In this document: positions 20,493 through 30,011 of the stretch, one piece after another
How the letters are laid out: every line of letters begins with the position of its first letter
Position numbering within the stretch: the stretch's first letter is position 1
NCBI GenBank assembly: GCA_963765585.1
Contig: CAVXXB010000008.1
Coordinates: 405,111-469,110, forward strand
Reading direction: 5' to 3'
DNA length: 64,000 bases
Origin: Calditrichia bacterium
GTDB taxonomy: Bacteria > Calditrichota > Calditrichia > JAJRVZ01
Program-made: the position numbers and the translations under genes
Notes under the pieces: model-generated
Told to the model about the DNA's origin: nothing
Databases searched by the model: none
Seen by the model: only the letters and a program-made list of their open reading frames with translations

Positions 20493-20923
20493 ATAGAACA
20501 CGGATTACACTGATTACTCGAAGTATCAATAAGCGTTCCCGAGAATATCTCGGGAACGAGATATCTATGATTACGGATTAAATGTAGTAATTTAATGATC
20601 TCACATGAGTAATTCATGCAATTTACCACAAAGACTCAAAGACACGAAGAAAAAGAATTAAAAATTTATAATTGAAATACAATCACCGTGTTTTATAATT
20701 ATAACTCTTTCTGCTAATCCATTATTTTTTATAACTTTGTATCTTTGTTACTTTGTGACTTTGTGTTTATGAATAATTCAGGCTAATTATTTTAATAAAA
20801 TATATTGAATATAAGTATAGTATGTATAAATATTTTTAATTTCGATCTAAAATGCATAAATCTATAAAAATTATTTTTTAAATTCCGCGTTAATCCGTGT
20901 GATCCGCGTAATCCGTGTTCTAT
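20493..20923. mobile_element. 431-bp intergenic element bounded by 16-bp perfect terminal inverted repeats (atagaacacggattac / gtaatccgtgttctat)
   Basis: The TIRs at 20493..20508 and 20908..20923 sit right next to the uxaC start and the methyltransferase start. The interior has a perfect palindrome gttcccgagaatatctcgggaac (20535..20557), direct 9-10-bp words CACGGATTA/CACTGATTA, and a very AT-rich centre. Confidence 0.5.
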
Positions 20924-20944
20924 CAAATAATTAACGGGAGCAAT

Positions 20945-21694
20945 ATGAATAACGATTTTATCTTTGAGTTTTTTGAAAAAATGCCCAGACAAGGCCCTGG
21001 ATCAGAAAAATATACGTTACAAGCATTGGAGAAAATCAAGCATAGATTGCCGGTTACCCCTAATATACTGGATATCGGGTGTGGCAATGGTACACAAACA
21101 TTTGATCTGTTACAGGCGCTTCCTTCGGCCAATATAACCGCAATTGATATTCACCCACCATTTCTTGACATGGTCAAAGAGAAATGTTGTAAGATACTAC
21201 AGCCCCCGGCAAAAGTTCATGCACAGGCAATGTCCATGGCAGAAATCGACTTTGATCCGGGCACATTTGATCTCATCTGGTCGGAGGGCGCGATATACAA
21301 TGTCGGTTTTGAAAGAGGAATACAACTTTGGCAGGATTTACTAAAACCCGATGGATATATGGTGGTATCCGAAGCCGTCTGGCTAAAACCGGATTTGCCT
21401 GCGCCGGTGAGAGATTTTTGGGAATCAGAATATCCCGAGATCGGCACTATCGCGGATAAATTTTCAATCATTGAAAAATCCGGCTTAGAAACAGTTCATC
21501 ATTTTACGCTTCCCAAATCAGTGTGGCAGGATGAGTTTTATGTTCCCATGCAGGAATTAATCAATCATTTTCGTAAATCGCAAAAGAGTAACGTGATGAA
21601 TGAATTCCTTGACGGCATGCAGATTGAGATAGATATGTTCAAATCTTACGGAGAGTATTATTCGTATGAATTTTTTGTGATGGGGAAAAGATAG
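20945..21694 (+). CDS. Class I SAM-dependent methyltransferase
   Basis: The glycine-rich SAM motif I (LDIGCGNGTQT) and an acidic motif II (AIDIHPP) are present. The ORF track starts at 20915, but that ATG lies inside the right TIR, so the ATG at 20945 (MNNDFIFEFF) is more likely. Confidence 0.75.
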   Translation: MNNDFIFEFFEKMPRQGPGSEKYTLQALEKIKHRLPVTPNILDIGCGNGTQTFDLLQALPSANITAIDIHPPFLDMVKEKCCKILQPPAKVHAQAMSMAEIDFDPGTFDLIWSEGAIYNVGFERGIQLWQDLLKPDGYMVVSEAVWLKPDLPAPVRDFWESEYPEIGTIADKFSIIEKSGLETVHHFTLPKSVWQDEFYVPMQELINHFRKSQKSNVMNEFLDGMQIEIDMFKSYGEYYSYEFFVMGKR

Positions 21695-21919
21695 ATGCTT
21701 GATACTGGATGCAGGATACAGGATTCAGGATGCTGGATACTGGATGCTTGATGATGTGAATTCGATAAAATCGCACTCTATGTCATTCTGCATTCTGCCT
21801 GCCCCTGTCATCTCGCAGAGATCCTCCCGGATTGCTGGTGCACAATGCGACGAGAAGATTCCTTCGGAATGACACAAGAATTAATCAGTAACTTATTCTC
21901 GTATCCAGTATCCAGAATC
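21695..21919. repeat. MITE-like dispersed element, copy B
   Basis: Arms gatgcttgatactggatgcaggatacagg... and ...gtatccagtatccagaatc flank the core tgtcatctcgcagagatcctcccggattgctggtgc...gaagattccttcggaatgacacaagaatta, which matches copy A at 18828..18910. Confidence 0.8.
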
Positions 21920-21961
21920 ATATTGGGAACTTATTTTACGAGGAATTGTACAAACCGGCTT

Positions 21962-22003
21962 AAAAAAGAAAAACCCATCCGGGGCATGAACCGGACGGGT
22001 TTT
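21962..22003 (-). terminator. Intrinsic terminator of the TPR gene
   Basis: Hairpin aaacccatccggggcatgaaccggacgggttt at 21971..22003. On the minus strand it is followed by tttttctttttt. Confidence 0.65.
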
Positions 22004-22130
22004 CCAGACGTTAGGCTACACAAGGTGTGTAGACTTTGGAAGGCAAACTAATTTAACAATAAATTCAGTAAAAGTATTCCCTTTTCTGAATTTTTTTTAT
22101 TTTTTTTGTATTTGGGAAAATAATTAGAAC

Positions 22131-23429
22131 TTAATTATTTTCTCTATATGGCTTTTGACTTTTATATAAGTCAATTCGCGGCTCTATTTCTTGTGCCATT
22201 TGTTTGTCCCGGTTTTTTATCGCCAGTGAATGTGCTCTCTCTGCCAGTTGTCTCGCTTTGTCATATTCCTTATTCTCGGCAAAGCCCATCGCCAGAAGAT
22301 CCAGACATGTTGCCGTTTCCTGCTCATTATCCTCACAAATTAAAACAGCCAGTCGTAATGCTTCTTTTCCATTGCGAATTTTCGATTCAGGTGCGCTGGC
22401 ATATATTCTCGCGAGTTGATATGCAAATCGACGATCATTAGGTGCAATTTCCATACCCTTTTTAAAATAATTTATGGCGTCCGCTCTCTGACCCTGTCGT
22501 TTTGAAAAGGTTCCGATATTCAGATACGCATCCGTGGATTTGCTATCTATTTCCAGACTTTTCATTATTGTCATTTTTGCCTTTTCTATATCACCCAGTT
22601 CAAAATAGATGACTGCCAGATTGTTAATCGCGGCGAAATGTACCGGATTAATATCCAGAGCTTCCTTGTAATGATCCATGGCGGCTTCATAGCGTTTTTG
22701 TCGCTGATACACATAACCTAAACTGGTATGAGATGCTTCATTGGGTTTTGCTTCCAACGCTTTTTTGAACTCTTCTTCGGCCTTATTCAGATTGCCCTGA
22801 TTCAAAAAGTTATTTCCCCTAACCTGACACCAGAACGAACTCACCGCTTCGTTGACCATTTCGTAGTAGACCGGGTCTTTTAAGTCAAGTCGTTCGGGAA
22901 GCTTTACCATTTTATTAAATACAAGTTCGGCCTTTTCCTTTTCACCTTTTCTACGGTAAATATCTGCGAGTAGCGCTTGTGCCTCTCTGTAACCGGGCGC
23001 CATCTGCACGGCTTTACTTATTTGAGATTCCGCAGCATCTAAATCACTCTGTTCCATAGCCACTTTTGCCAAACCCAGATACGCATGTGGCACCCTGGAA
23101 TTCGAATATAGAACTCCCTGATAGCAAGCTTTGGCTTCCTTTAAACGACCAGATAAAAGATAGCGATTACCCAGTTTTATATTTAAGGGTGGATAAGAAG
23201 AATCCAGTTGTTTTGCTTTTTCATACCAGATAAGCGCATCATCTGAATTGAGCTCATCCAGTGCAATCGCACAAAAATAAGGCCAGCGGAAATGTTCGGG
23301 GTCAAGAGAATTTGCTTTTTCAAAACACGGCACAGAAGGTTCTATATAATCATGAATTAACAATGTCATGCCCAATTTACCCCAGTTTTCACTTTTATCC
23401 GGTTCAGATTCGGCCTGCGACACCAGCAT
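22131..23429 (-). CDS. Tetratricopeptide (TPR) repeat protein
   Basis: 432 aa with at least 8 TPR-like 34-aa repeats (AxxxYxxAxxxDP pattern). Confidence 0.8.
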   Translation of the reverse strand: MLVSQAESEPDKSENWGKLGMTLLIHDYIEPSVPCFEKANSLDPEHFRWPYFCAIALDELNSDDALIWYEKAKQLDSSYPPLNIKLGNRYLLSGRLKEAKACYQGVLYSNSRVPHAYLGLAKVAMEQSDLDAAESQISKAVQMAPGYREAQALLADIYRRKGEKEKAELVFNKMVKLPERLDLKDPVYYEMVNEAVSSFWCQVRGNNFLNQGNLNKAEEEFKKALEAKPNEASHTSLGYVYQRQKRYEAAMDHYKEALDINPVHFAAINNLAVIYFELGDIEKAKMTIMKSLEIDSKSTDAYLNIGTFSKRQGQRADAINYFKKGMEIAPNDRRFAYQLARIYASAPESKIRNGKEALRLAVLICEDNEQETATCLDLLAMGFAENKEYDKARQLAERAHSLAIKNRDKQMAQEIEPRIDLYKSQKPYRENN

Positions 23430-23925
23430 ATTGACTTTGCTAACGATTTGCTTCTCTGTGCCTGCAAAAGCAATTGCTCTGATATTTTCAAGAATTTCTT
23501 TATTCGTACTATAATCGATGTACCAAATAATTGAAAAATAAGATGAACGTACATACGATTAATAAAAGAATAACATAGAGATAATTTTTAGTTTTCATTC
23601 CATCACCTGATATTTGAGAGTAGTATAAAATAGAGACAGGTCATCTCGCAGAAACCCTCCCGTGATGCAGGCACTGCGTTAGAACAAGAAAATGTTACCC
23701 GAACGACGGAAAGATCCCTGAAGGGATGACAAATTAATATCAATGTCCAATGCCCAAGTCCGAATGTCAAATGAATGCCCAAAATAAAATGCCAAATTAT
23801 AAAAGTAATTCACAATCATTGGACATTGAAAATTGATTTGGCATTTGGATTTTGACATTTGGCATTCTTATTTAAAACTTTGTGATCTTCGTGGTGAATT
23901 ATAGTACTCATAATAATTTCACCAC

Positions 23926-25623
23926 TCAATCGGCTACATCTTGTCCTTGCCCTTTTTTAAGGGTAATTATCTGATTGGGTGAAATATTCTTAAATATTTC
24001 AGTATCTCCACCTGGCCAAATGACGCGTACTTCATCGATGCTGTCGATGTTGCCAAGTCCAAAATGCGCCCGCGGATCATTTGAGGCGCAAAAACTATAG
24101 CCGGGATTTACCAGACGCAGGAAACTTTTTTCTCCCGAATGGACTATGACTTTTGCACCATACATATCCCTTTTCAAGTTGGGATCGATGGCCCTGACTA
24201 TTAACCAGTTACCATTTTTCTCATGATCATTGCGATACAGGCGGGCTCTTCCGCCTTCATTTGATACCAGCAAATCAACATCCCCATCGTTGTCAATATC
24301 GCCAAATACCAGCGCCCGGCTATTTTCAACCCGTGACGTAAATGGCAATGCCTGGTCACTCACATCGGTGAAACGGTCATTGCCATCGTTATTAAAAATC
24401 AGATTTGGTTCGGCATAATGATCCCAGTATTGAAGAGGATCTCTGTCCGTATAAATTTTTCCTCGAATAACTCTTCCGTTCACAATGGCAAGATCCAGAT
24501 CGCCATCGAGATCATAATCAAAGAATCCGGTACCAAAGCCGGTAAACGGCAGGCTGACTGCCGACAATGCGACTGGATTGGTCTCATCCTGAAATCCGAT
24601 ATCACCGGCATTGCGTAAAAAAGTGTTTGTTTCCCCCTGAAAATGTGTCATAAATAAATCAAGATCAAGATCGTTATCCACATCACCCAGTGTTACGCCC
24701 ATACTCGCTTCGGCCATTCCCATGCCATTTATTGCCATTCCCTGCATAAGTGCGTCATCACGAAACGTCCCATCCTTTTGATTGATCCACAGATGATTGT
24801 ATTTCCGGTCATTCGAGATATAGATATCGGGATAAAAATCATCATTAAAATCGGCACTTATAATTCCCAGGCCGGCGGATGGTTTGGCAGCAATGCCCGA
24901 TTCGACAGAGACATCTTTAAAGGTACCGTCACCATTATTTTTAAATAACCGGTCCGCGTATCCCGGGAATCCCTGTGGACCACAATAATCCGGGGCTCCT
25001 AAACGATCGACGCATACTACTGCTGTATCGTAATCCACATAATTTGCCACACAAATATCCAGGAATGAGTCTAAATTATAGTCGACGAAGGTAACGGAAA
25101 TCCCCCAATCGGGATTATGAATACCTGATGCCTGTGTTATATCACTAAAAGTACCATTTCCATTATTCAAATAAAGTGCATCCGGACCATCATTGGAAAT
25201 GTAAACATCCAGATCGCCATCATTATCAATATCCCCAATGGCCACTCCCATGCCATATCCTTGATCCCCCAGGCCGGAAATGCTGGTAACATCCGTGAAT
25301 GTACCATTGTCTTCCTGCCGGTAGAGCCTGTTTCTTATCGGTTCGTTATTGGTTTGTGTCTTTTCATGAATTGCGCCGTTGAGTAAATAAATATCCAGAT
25401 CATCATCGTTATCATAATCAAAAAACGCCGCACCGGATCCGATACTTTCCGGCATGTAATATTTACCATCAATTGCCGGGTCATGCACAAAATCAAGATT
25501 TACCTGGTCGGTAATTTCAGTTAGAAAGGAATTACTCTTTTGCCCCGTATCATTGCTGCACCCACAAAAAAACAAAAGCACATATGCAGGTATAACAAAC
25601 ATTGTAATCCTAAAATTTACCAT
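23926..25623 (-). CDS. FG-GAP repeat + ASPIC/UnbV C-terminal domain lipoprotein (CRTAC1-like)
   Basis: 565 aa. Lipobox FFCGCSN, D(x)DxDGDLD FG-GAP repeats, and the C-terminal ASPIC motif ...GYSFCASNDPRAHFGLGNIDSIDEVRVIWPGG. Confidence 0.8.
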   Translation of the reverse strand: MVNFRITMFVIPAYVLLFFCGCSNDTGQKSNSFLTEITDQVNLDFVHDPAIDGKYYMPESIGSGAAFFDYDNDDDLDIYLLNGAIHEKTQTNNEPIRNRLYRQEDNGTFTDVTSISGLGDQGYGMGVAIGDIDNDGDLDVYISNDGPDALYLNNGNGTFSDITQASGIHNPDWGISVTFVDYNLDSFLDICVANYVDYDTAVVCVDRLGAPDYCGPQGFPGYADRLFKNNGDGTFKDVSVESGIAAKPSAGLGIISADFNDDFYPDIYISNDRKYNHLWINQKDGTFRDDALMQGMAINGMGMAEASMGVTLGDVDNDLDLDLFMTHFQGETNTFLRNAGDIGFQDETNPVALSAVSLPFTGFGTGFFDYDLDGDLDLAIVNGRVIRGKIYTDRDPLQYWDHYAEPNLIFNNDGNDRFTDVSDQALPFTSRVENSRALVFGDIDNDGDVDLLVSNEGGRARLYRNDHEKNGNWLIVRAIDPNLKRDMYGAKVIVHSGEKSFLRLVNPGYSFCASNDPRAHFGLGNIDSIDEVRVIWPGGDTEIFKNISPNQIITLKKGQGQDVAD

Positions 25624-26096
25624 TAACGTCCTGTTCTAATAGTATTATGGCGTTAATCCGGCCTGCCGCGTTTCACACGGGTCATCCCCGTTCTATTTCT
25701 TTGATGTTGATATCCTATGATACTATTTATTATTATGCAATATTACTGGTAGACGAATATTATATTTCACCCCTAAAGGGGTTTTCAATGTTTTTGGGAA
25801 CTCCATTTACTACAAATATAGAACCGCTACGCGGTTCTTTGTATATCCTCGATATCATAGTCCCGTCAGGGATTATATATTTCTATCCATTTTTGATAGA
25901 GCATAGTAAAAATCCCTTAGAGTTAATATATTATAAGTAATTTGTAATTGGTAATTTTAATGAACCAATAGCCAACTCCAGGTTCTGAATAACCAATAAC
26001 CAATTCCAAGTTACAAGTTACGAGTTACAAATTCCTAATCCCTCATCTCTAATCTATTTCACCTGTGCATTTACATGAGAGACAATTTCCCCCTTA

Positions 26097-29000
26097 TTAT
26101 TCAACCGTTATTTCCCTGGCATTATGCGGAATATCCGAAGTGGTGGATTTGCCACCGGGCCAGATTATCTTAATTTTTTGAGGATATTCCGCTATGCCAA
26201 AGACCTGGACATGAGAATCCTGGGACCAATAACCCGAACCGGTGTGAATTTGTCTGGCCGGACCGGAGTGATCCGAATATATCAACTGAGCAATGGCGCC
26301 AACGGCGGATAGATTCTTATCATCACCCTTTAACCGCACACGCAGACCCGGTTTTGCTTGTACATTTTTATAAAGTTTCGTCCTGGCGCCGTTTTGCGAA
26401 ACCGCAAGATCTATTCTGCCATCTTTATTATAATCACTTAAAGCGGCACCTCGTTGTTCGCCATAAATCCGGATTCCCGACTCCTGACCAGGTACTGCCT
26501 GCAATTTACCACTGCCATCTCCCCGCAACCATAATCCGCGTCCGGCATCAATTCTCGGCGTTTCAGGCTGGGTCGCAAAAAAGTTCTGAGATATAAATAC
26601 ATCATCATGACCATCGCCGTCAAAATCCGACACGCCACAATAAAAAGCCGGGGAAAATTGGGCTTCGGCCGGAAACTCAATGGCCTCAAACGAAGCACCC
26701 TTATTTAAAAAAACGGTATGAGCCAGGGTGTTTGCTGACAAGGAATCTGCGAGATATAGATCCGGACCGATTATACTGCGAAGTTCTGCTGCACCATATT
26801 GTTCAAATGATTTAACTTTGCTTTTTATAAACGGCATTGCCCGTGACATGCAGGAAAACCCACGCTCCGGAACAATGGATCTGATAAACGGATCAAAATG
26901 CGCTTCCACGATATCCAGGGTACCATTATTGTCAAAATCATCATAATATATTTTTAACGGATGATCGGGAGTATAATGATATTTACTGTTCAGTCCCCAG
27001 TTGGTTGCCACAATATCCATGCGGCCATCTTCGTTGAGATCAGCGGTAGTTAGCCCATTCCACCAGCCGCGATATTTGCTCATCCCATATTTTTCAGTAG
27101 CATCGGTGAAATGGCCATTTTGATTCTCAAATATCATCACCGGGCCCCATTCCAGCGCCAGAATCAATTCAGGATCGCCATCATGATCAAGATCGCTGAA
27201 CACGGCACCGGAGACCAGCCCAATTCGTCGTAATTTACCAGAATTTATTTCATCTGTTACGAATTTCCCATCTTCATTCTTTAATAATTCTGAAGATGCC
27301 GGATCCGGATATTTGCCTGGGATGACCCGCCCGCCAACAAATAAATCCAAATCTCCATCATTATCATAATCTGCAAGGGTGAGAGGACCGGTAGCAGAGA
27401 GGTTTGACGGCAAATCTTCACTATGCACAAACCGGTCTTTTTCAATGCGATATGTTTTGGCAACCGGTATCATTGCAGATTCCTCATAATTGGACTGACC
27501 AATGACCAGCGAGGTAGAATTTGGTTTATCAGACCAGGCCAAAACGGCCGTCTGATCTCGTTCTGTTTCTTTATTAAGTAACTTATCAATTACTTTAATA
27601 AAACCTTTGACCCCGTCATTGCGAAAAATAGTCGCTTTGCCCGCTTTTCCACTTGAAATTAACAGATCATCATCCCCGTCATGATCGATATCGAACCATG
27701 TCAAACCAGGACCCAGTTGACTCAATTGATTTGGCAGCAACGGCTGACGGTAAAAGTCATTAAACGCCAGATCATAATGTTCGTGCTGCAATTTCTCGCT
27801 CACATCTGTAAAATATGGATTTATATCATCAGATTTTAATTCCGAGGCACTTTCAGCAGTGGTTTCATCAATTTCATAGATACAATTTATTGACACATTT
27901 CGGATAAGGCTACGTTTGCCGCTACGCCAGATAACTTCGATTCGTCTTTCTGTAGCGTTTGATGTCGCAGCAAATACAATTAAGGGGTCTGAACCTGAAA
28001 GATAGTGTCCGCCACTTTTGACTTCTTTCGATTGCAGTATTTCTTCGCCAAGCAGTGTGACTTTTGATCCGATACCCTGAGTATTTGCTCCGGATCCCCT
28101 GAGGCGAACCGCAATTCTTGGTGCAATTGCTGTATTTTTATATATCCCGGCCGGGCTTTCAAAATTATTAATCACCACATCAAGGTCACCGTCATTATCA
28201 AGATCAGCCATTGACATGCCATGGGAAATTCCGGCGGTATGAAATCCCCAGTTTTCGCCGGTTTCAGTAAATGTCAGATCGCCATTATTTCGAAAGAGAT
28301 AATTATGGGTATCCAGCGGGGATACAATCAGTATGGACCGGCGCAACTCGTCCACAGTTTTAATTTTCTGCTGAATAATTTTATTCTGAGTATCGTAGTC
28401 CTGGACATCATATGCATGTCCGGTCGTTACCATCAGATCTTCATAGCCATCCAGATCCGCATCTATAAATATCGCCGACCAGGTCCAGTCCGATGCATAT
28501 AAACCACTGTAATTTGCAATTTCTGCATATGTTCCGTCACCACGGCTCAAAAACAGCGTATTGCGCATCACCTGGGGCCGGTTATATATTTTTCCGACGG
28601 AAATGCTGGTACGTGCCATCTCGCCCATCTGCATTTTACGTTTTTTATGGTCCCGGCTGAGCATGTCCGCAACAAAAAAATCAGCAAGTCCATCCCGGTT
28701 AATATCCGTAAAATCTACTGTCATAGATGAAGAACTGGTTGTACGGATTGCCGTTCTTTCAACTGCTTGAAAATTTCCATGGCCGTCATTTATCCAGATG
28801 AAATCCGGGCTTGAGAAGTCATTGCATACATAGATATCCGGATCACCGTCATTATCCATATCCTGCATTTGAGCGGAAAGCCCCCAGGCACGGGGTATAA
28901 TATCAGGAACATTATCTTCGCGGATGAAACGGGATGATTCCAGTGCAACCGGTTTAAGATGGCCTTTGCCATCATTGATATACAATATATCCCGTTCTCC

Positions 29001-29627
29001 GGCATCCGGTTCATAAAGCATTAAACCCGACGCATCCATTACCGGTGATTCCCTGTCACGGCGGCTTTTATAGCGGTAACTCACCATATACATATCCAGA
29101 TCACCATCCCCATCAATATCTCCCAGTGTCATGGATGTATTACCGGTCCGATCCTCCAAAGACACCAGGCCCACCTTTTCGGTCTCTTCGGCGAAACTTC
29201 CTGTACCATCATTTATAAAGCAGGCATTCGGTCCGTCCATTACGGTAACAAATAAATCAAGGTCCCGGTCACCATCAATATCGGCAAACACCGCCCCTTT
29301 AGAAAAATGACCGCGATGTGCCACACCGGCAGAATCAGTAATATCTTCAAACTTCCAATTACCCAGATTACGGTACAATTTATTTGAACCATTCAGTCCA
29401 CAGAAATAAATATCAATAAATCCATCATTATCGATATCGCCGGTGGCCACCCCGGAACCATCAAGCAAATGCTGATTACTGAGTATTTGCTCCTGGGTCA
29501 AGGTATTTGTAAATCCGATACCGGTAACTGTTGAATCCGAGCTGAACAAACCCGGTGGAATCGCCTGCGGGATCCATAAGTTCGGCCCATCGAAATCCGG
29601 TTTCCTGATGCCACTGCATCCGGTCAT
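26097..29627 (-). CDS. Large FG-GAP/ASPIC-UnbV protein with two propeller + ASPIC modules (1176 aa)
   Basis: Lipoprotein-like N-terminus (MTGCSG). There are two FG-GAP propeller regions. An internal ASPIC motif (GGHYLSGSDPLIVFA...IEVIWRSGK) and a terminal ASPIC motif (GSGYWSQDSHVQVFG...IKIIWPGGK) follow them. Confidence 0.8.
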   Translation of the reverse strand: MTGCSGIRKPDFDGPNLWIPQAIPPGLFSSDSTVTGIGFTNTLTQEQILSNQHLLDGSGVATGDIDNDGFIDIYFCGLNGSNKLYRNLGNWKFEDITDSAGVAHRGHFSKGAVFADIDGDRDLDLFVTVMDGPNACFINDGTGSFAEETEKVGLVSLEDRTGNTSMTLGDIDGDGDLDMYMVSYRYKSRRDRESPVMDASGLMLYEPDAGERDILYINDGKGHLKPVALESSRFIREDNVPDIIPRAWGLSAQMQDMDNDGDPDIYVCNDFSSPDFIWINDGHGNFQAVERTAIRTTSSSSMTVDFTDINRDGLADFFVADMLSRDHKKRKMQMGEMARTSISVGKIYNRPQVMRNTLFLSRGDGTYAEIANYSGLYASDWTWSAIFIDADLDGYEDLMVTTGHAYDVQDYDTQNKIIQQKIKTVDELRRSILIVSPLDTHNYLFRNNGDLTFTETGENWGFHTAGISHGMSMADLDNDGDLDVVINNFESPAGIYKNTAIAPRIAVRLRGSGANTQGIGSKVTLLGEEILQSKEVKSGGHYLSGSDPLIVFAATSNATERRIEVIWRSGKRSLIRNVSINCIYEIDETTAESASELKSDDINPYFTDVSEKLQHEHYDLAFNDFYRQPLLPNQLSQLGPGLTWFDIDHDGDDDLLISSGKAGKATIFRNDGVKGFIKVIDKLLNKETERDQTAVLAWSDKPNSTSLVIGQSNYEESAMIPVAKTYRIEKDRFVHSEDLPSNLSATGPLTLADYDNDGDLDLFVGGRVIPGKYPDPASSELLKNEDGKFVTDEINSGKLRRIGLVSGAVFSDLDHDGDPELILALEWGPVMIFENQNGHFTDATEKYGMSKYRGWWNGLTTADLNEDGRMDIVATNWGLNSKYHYTPDHPLKIYYDDFDNNGTLDIVEAHFDPFIRSIVPERGFSCMSRAMPFIKSKVKSFEQYGAAELRSIIGPDLYLADSLSANTLAHTVFLNKGASFEAIEFPAEAQFSPAFYCGVSDFDGDGHDDVFISQNFFATQPETPRIDAGRGLWLRGDGSGKLQAVPGQESGIRIYGEQRGAALSDYNKDGRIDLAVSQNGARTKLYKNVQAKPGLRVRLKGDDKNLSAVGAIAQLIYSDHSGPARQIHTGSGYWSQDSHVQVFGIAEYPQKIKIIWPGGKSTTSDIPHNAREITVE

Positions 29628-30011
29628 TACCGCATGAGATAAGAAATATTAGTAAGATGAAAAAATATGCCAGCCGAATAGCAGAATTATTATTAGAAAT
29701 ACATTTATAAAGATGGTTTATCATATACTCGTTTTCCCACCAACAAAATCAGTGATAATTTCTTTATACAAAAAGTCTGATAATTTACCAAAAAATAATA
29801 GAATAGTTTGAACCCTGAATTTAATCAGGGTCTCTCGCATAGACCCAAAGACCCGAGACAAGATGATTAGGTAAGTTAGAATGAGAAGTTAGAAATTGTA
29901 ATGGTAATTATTGCACATCGCCAATTACAAATTCTTAATTCCAAATCGTTTCATCTGCGCCTCTGCGACTCTGCGTGAAATAATTGTAAACAAATATGGA
30001 TGTTTACGCCC

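Noticed and set aside
20915-20944. ATG at 20915 as the methyltransferase start
   Set aside because: It lies inside the right terminal inverted repeat (gtaatccgtgttctat). The ATG at 20945 gives a conventional N-terminus and is preferred, though this is not certain.
21845-22051. 68-aa +strand ORF
   Set aside because: It spans MITE-like copy B and the TPR-gene terminator hairpin. It is an artefact.
25647-25940. 97-aa +strand ORF in the 25.6-26.1 kb gap
   Set aside because: Low-complexity, Ile/Tyr-rich product from an AT-rich spacer, with no signal peptide or domain. More likely non-coding.
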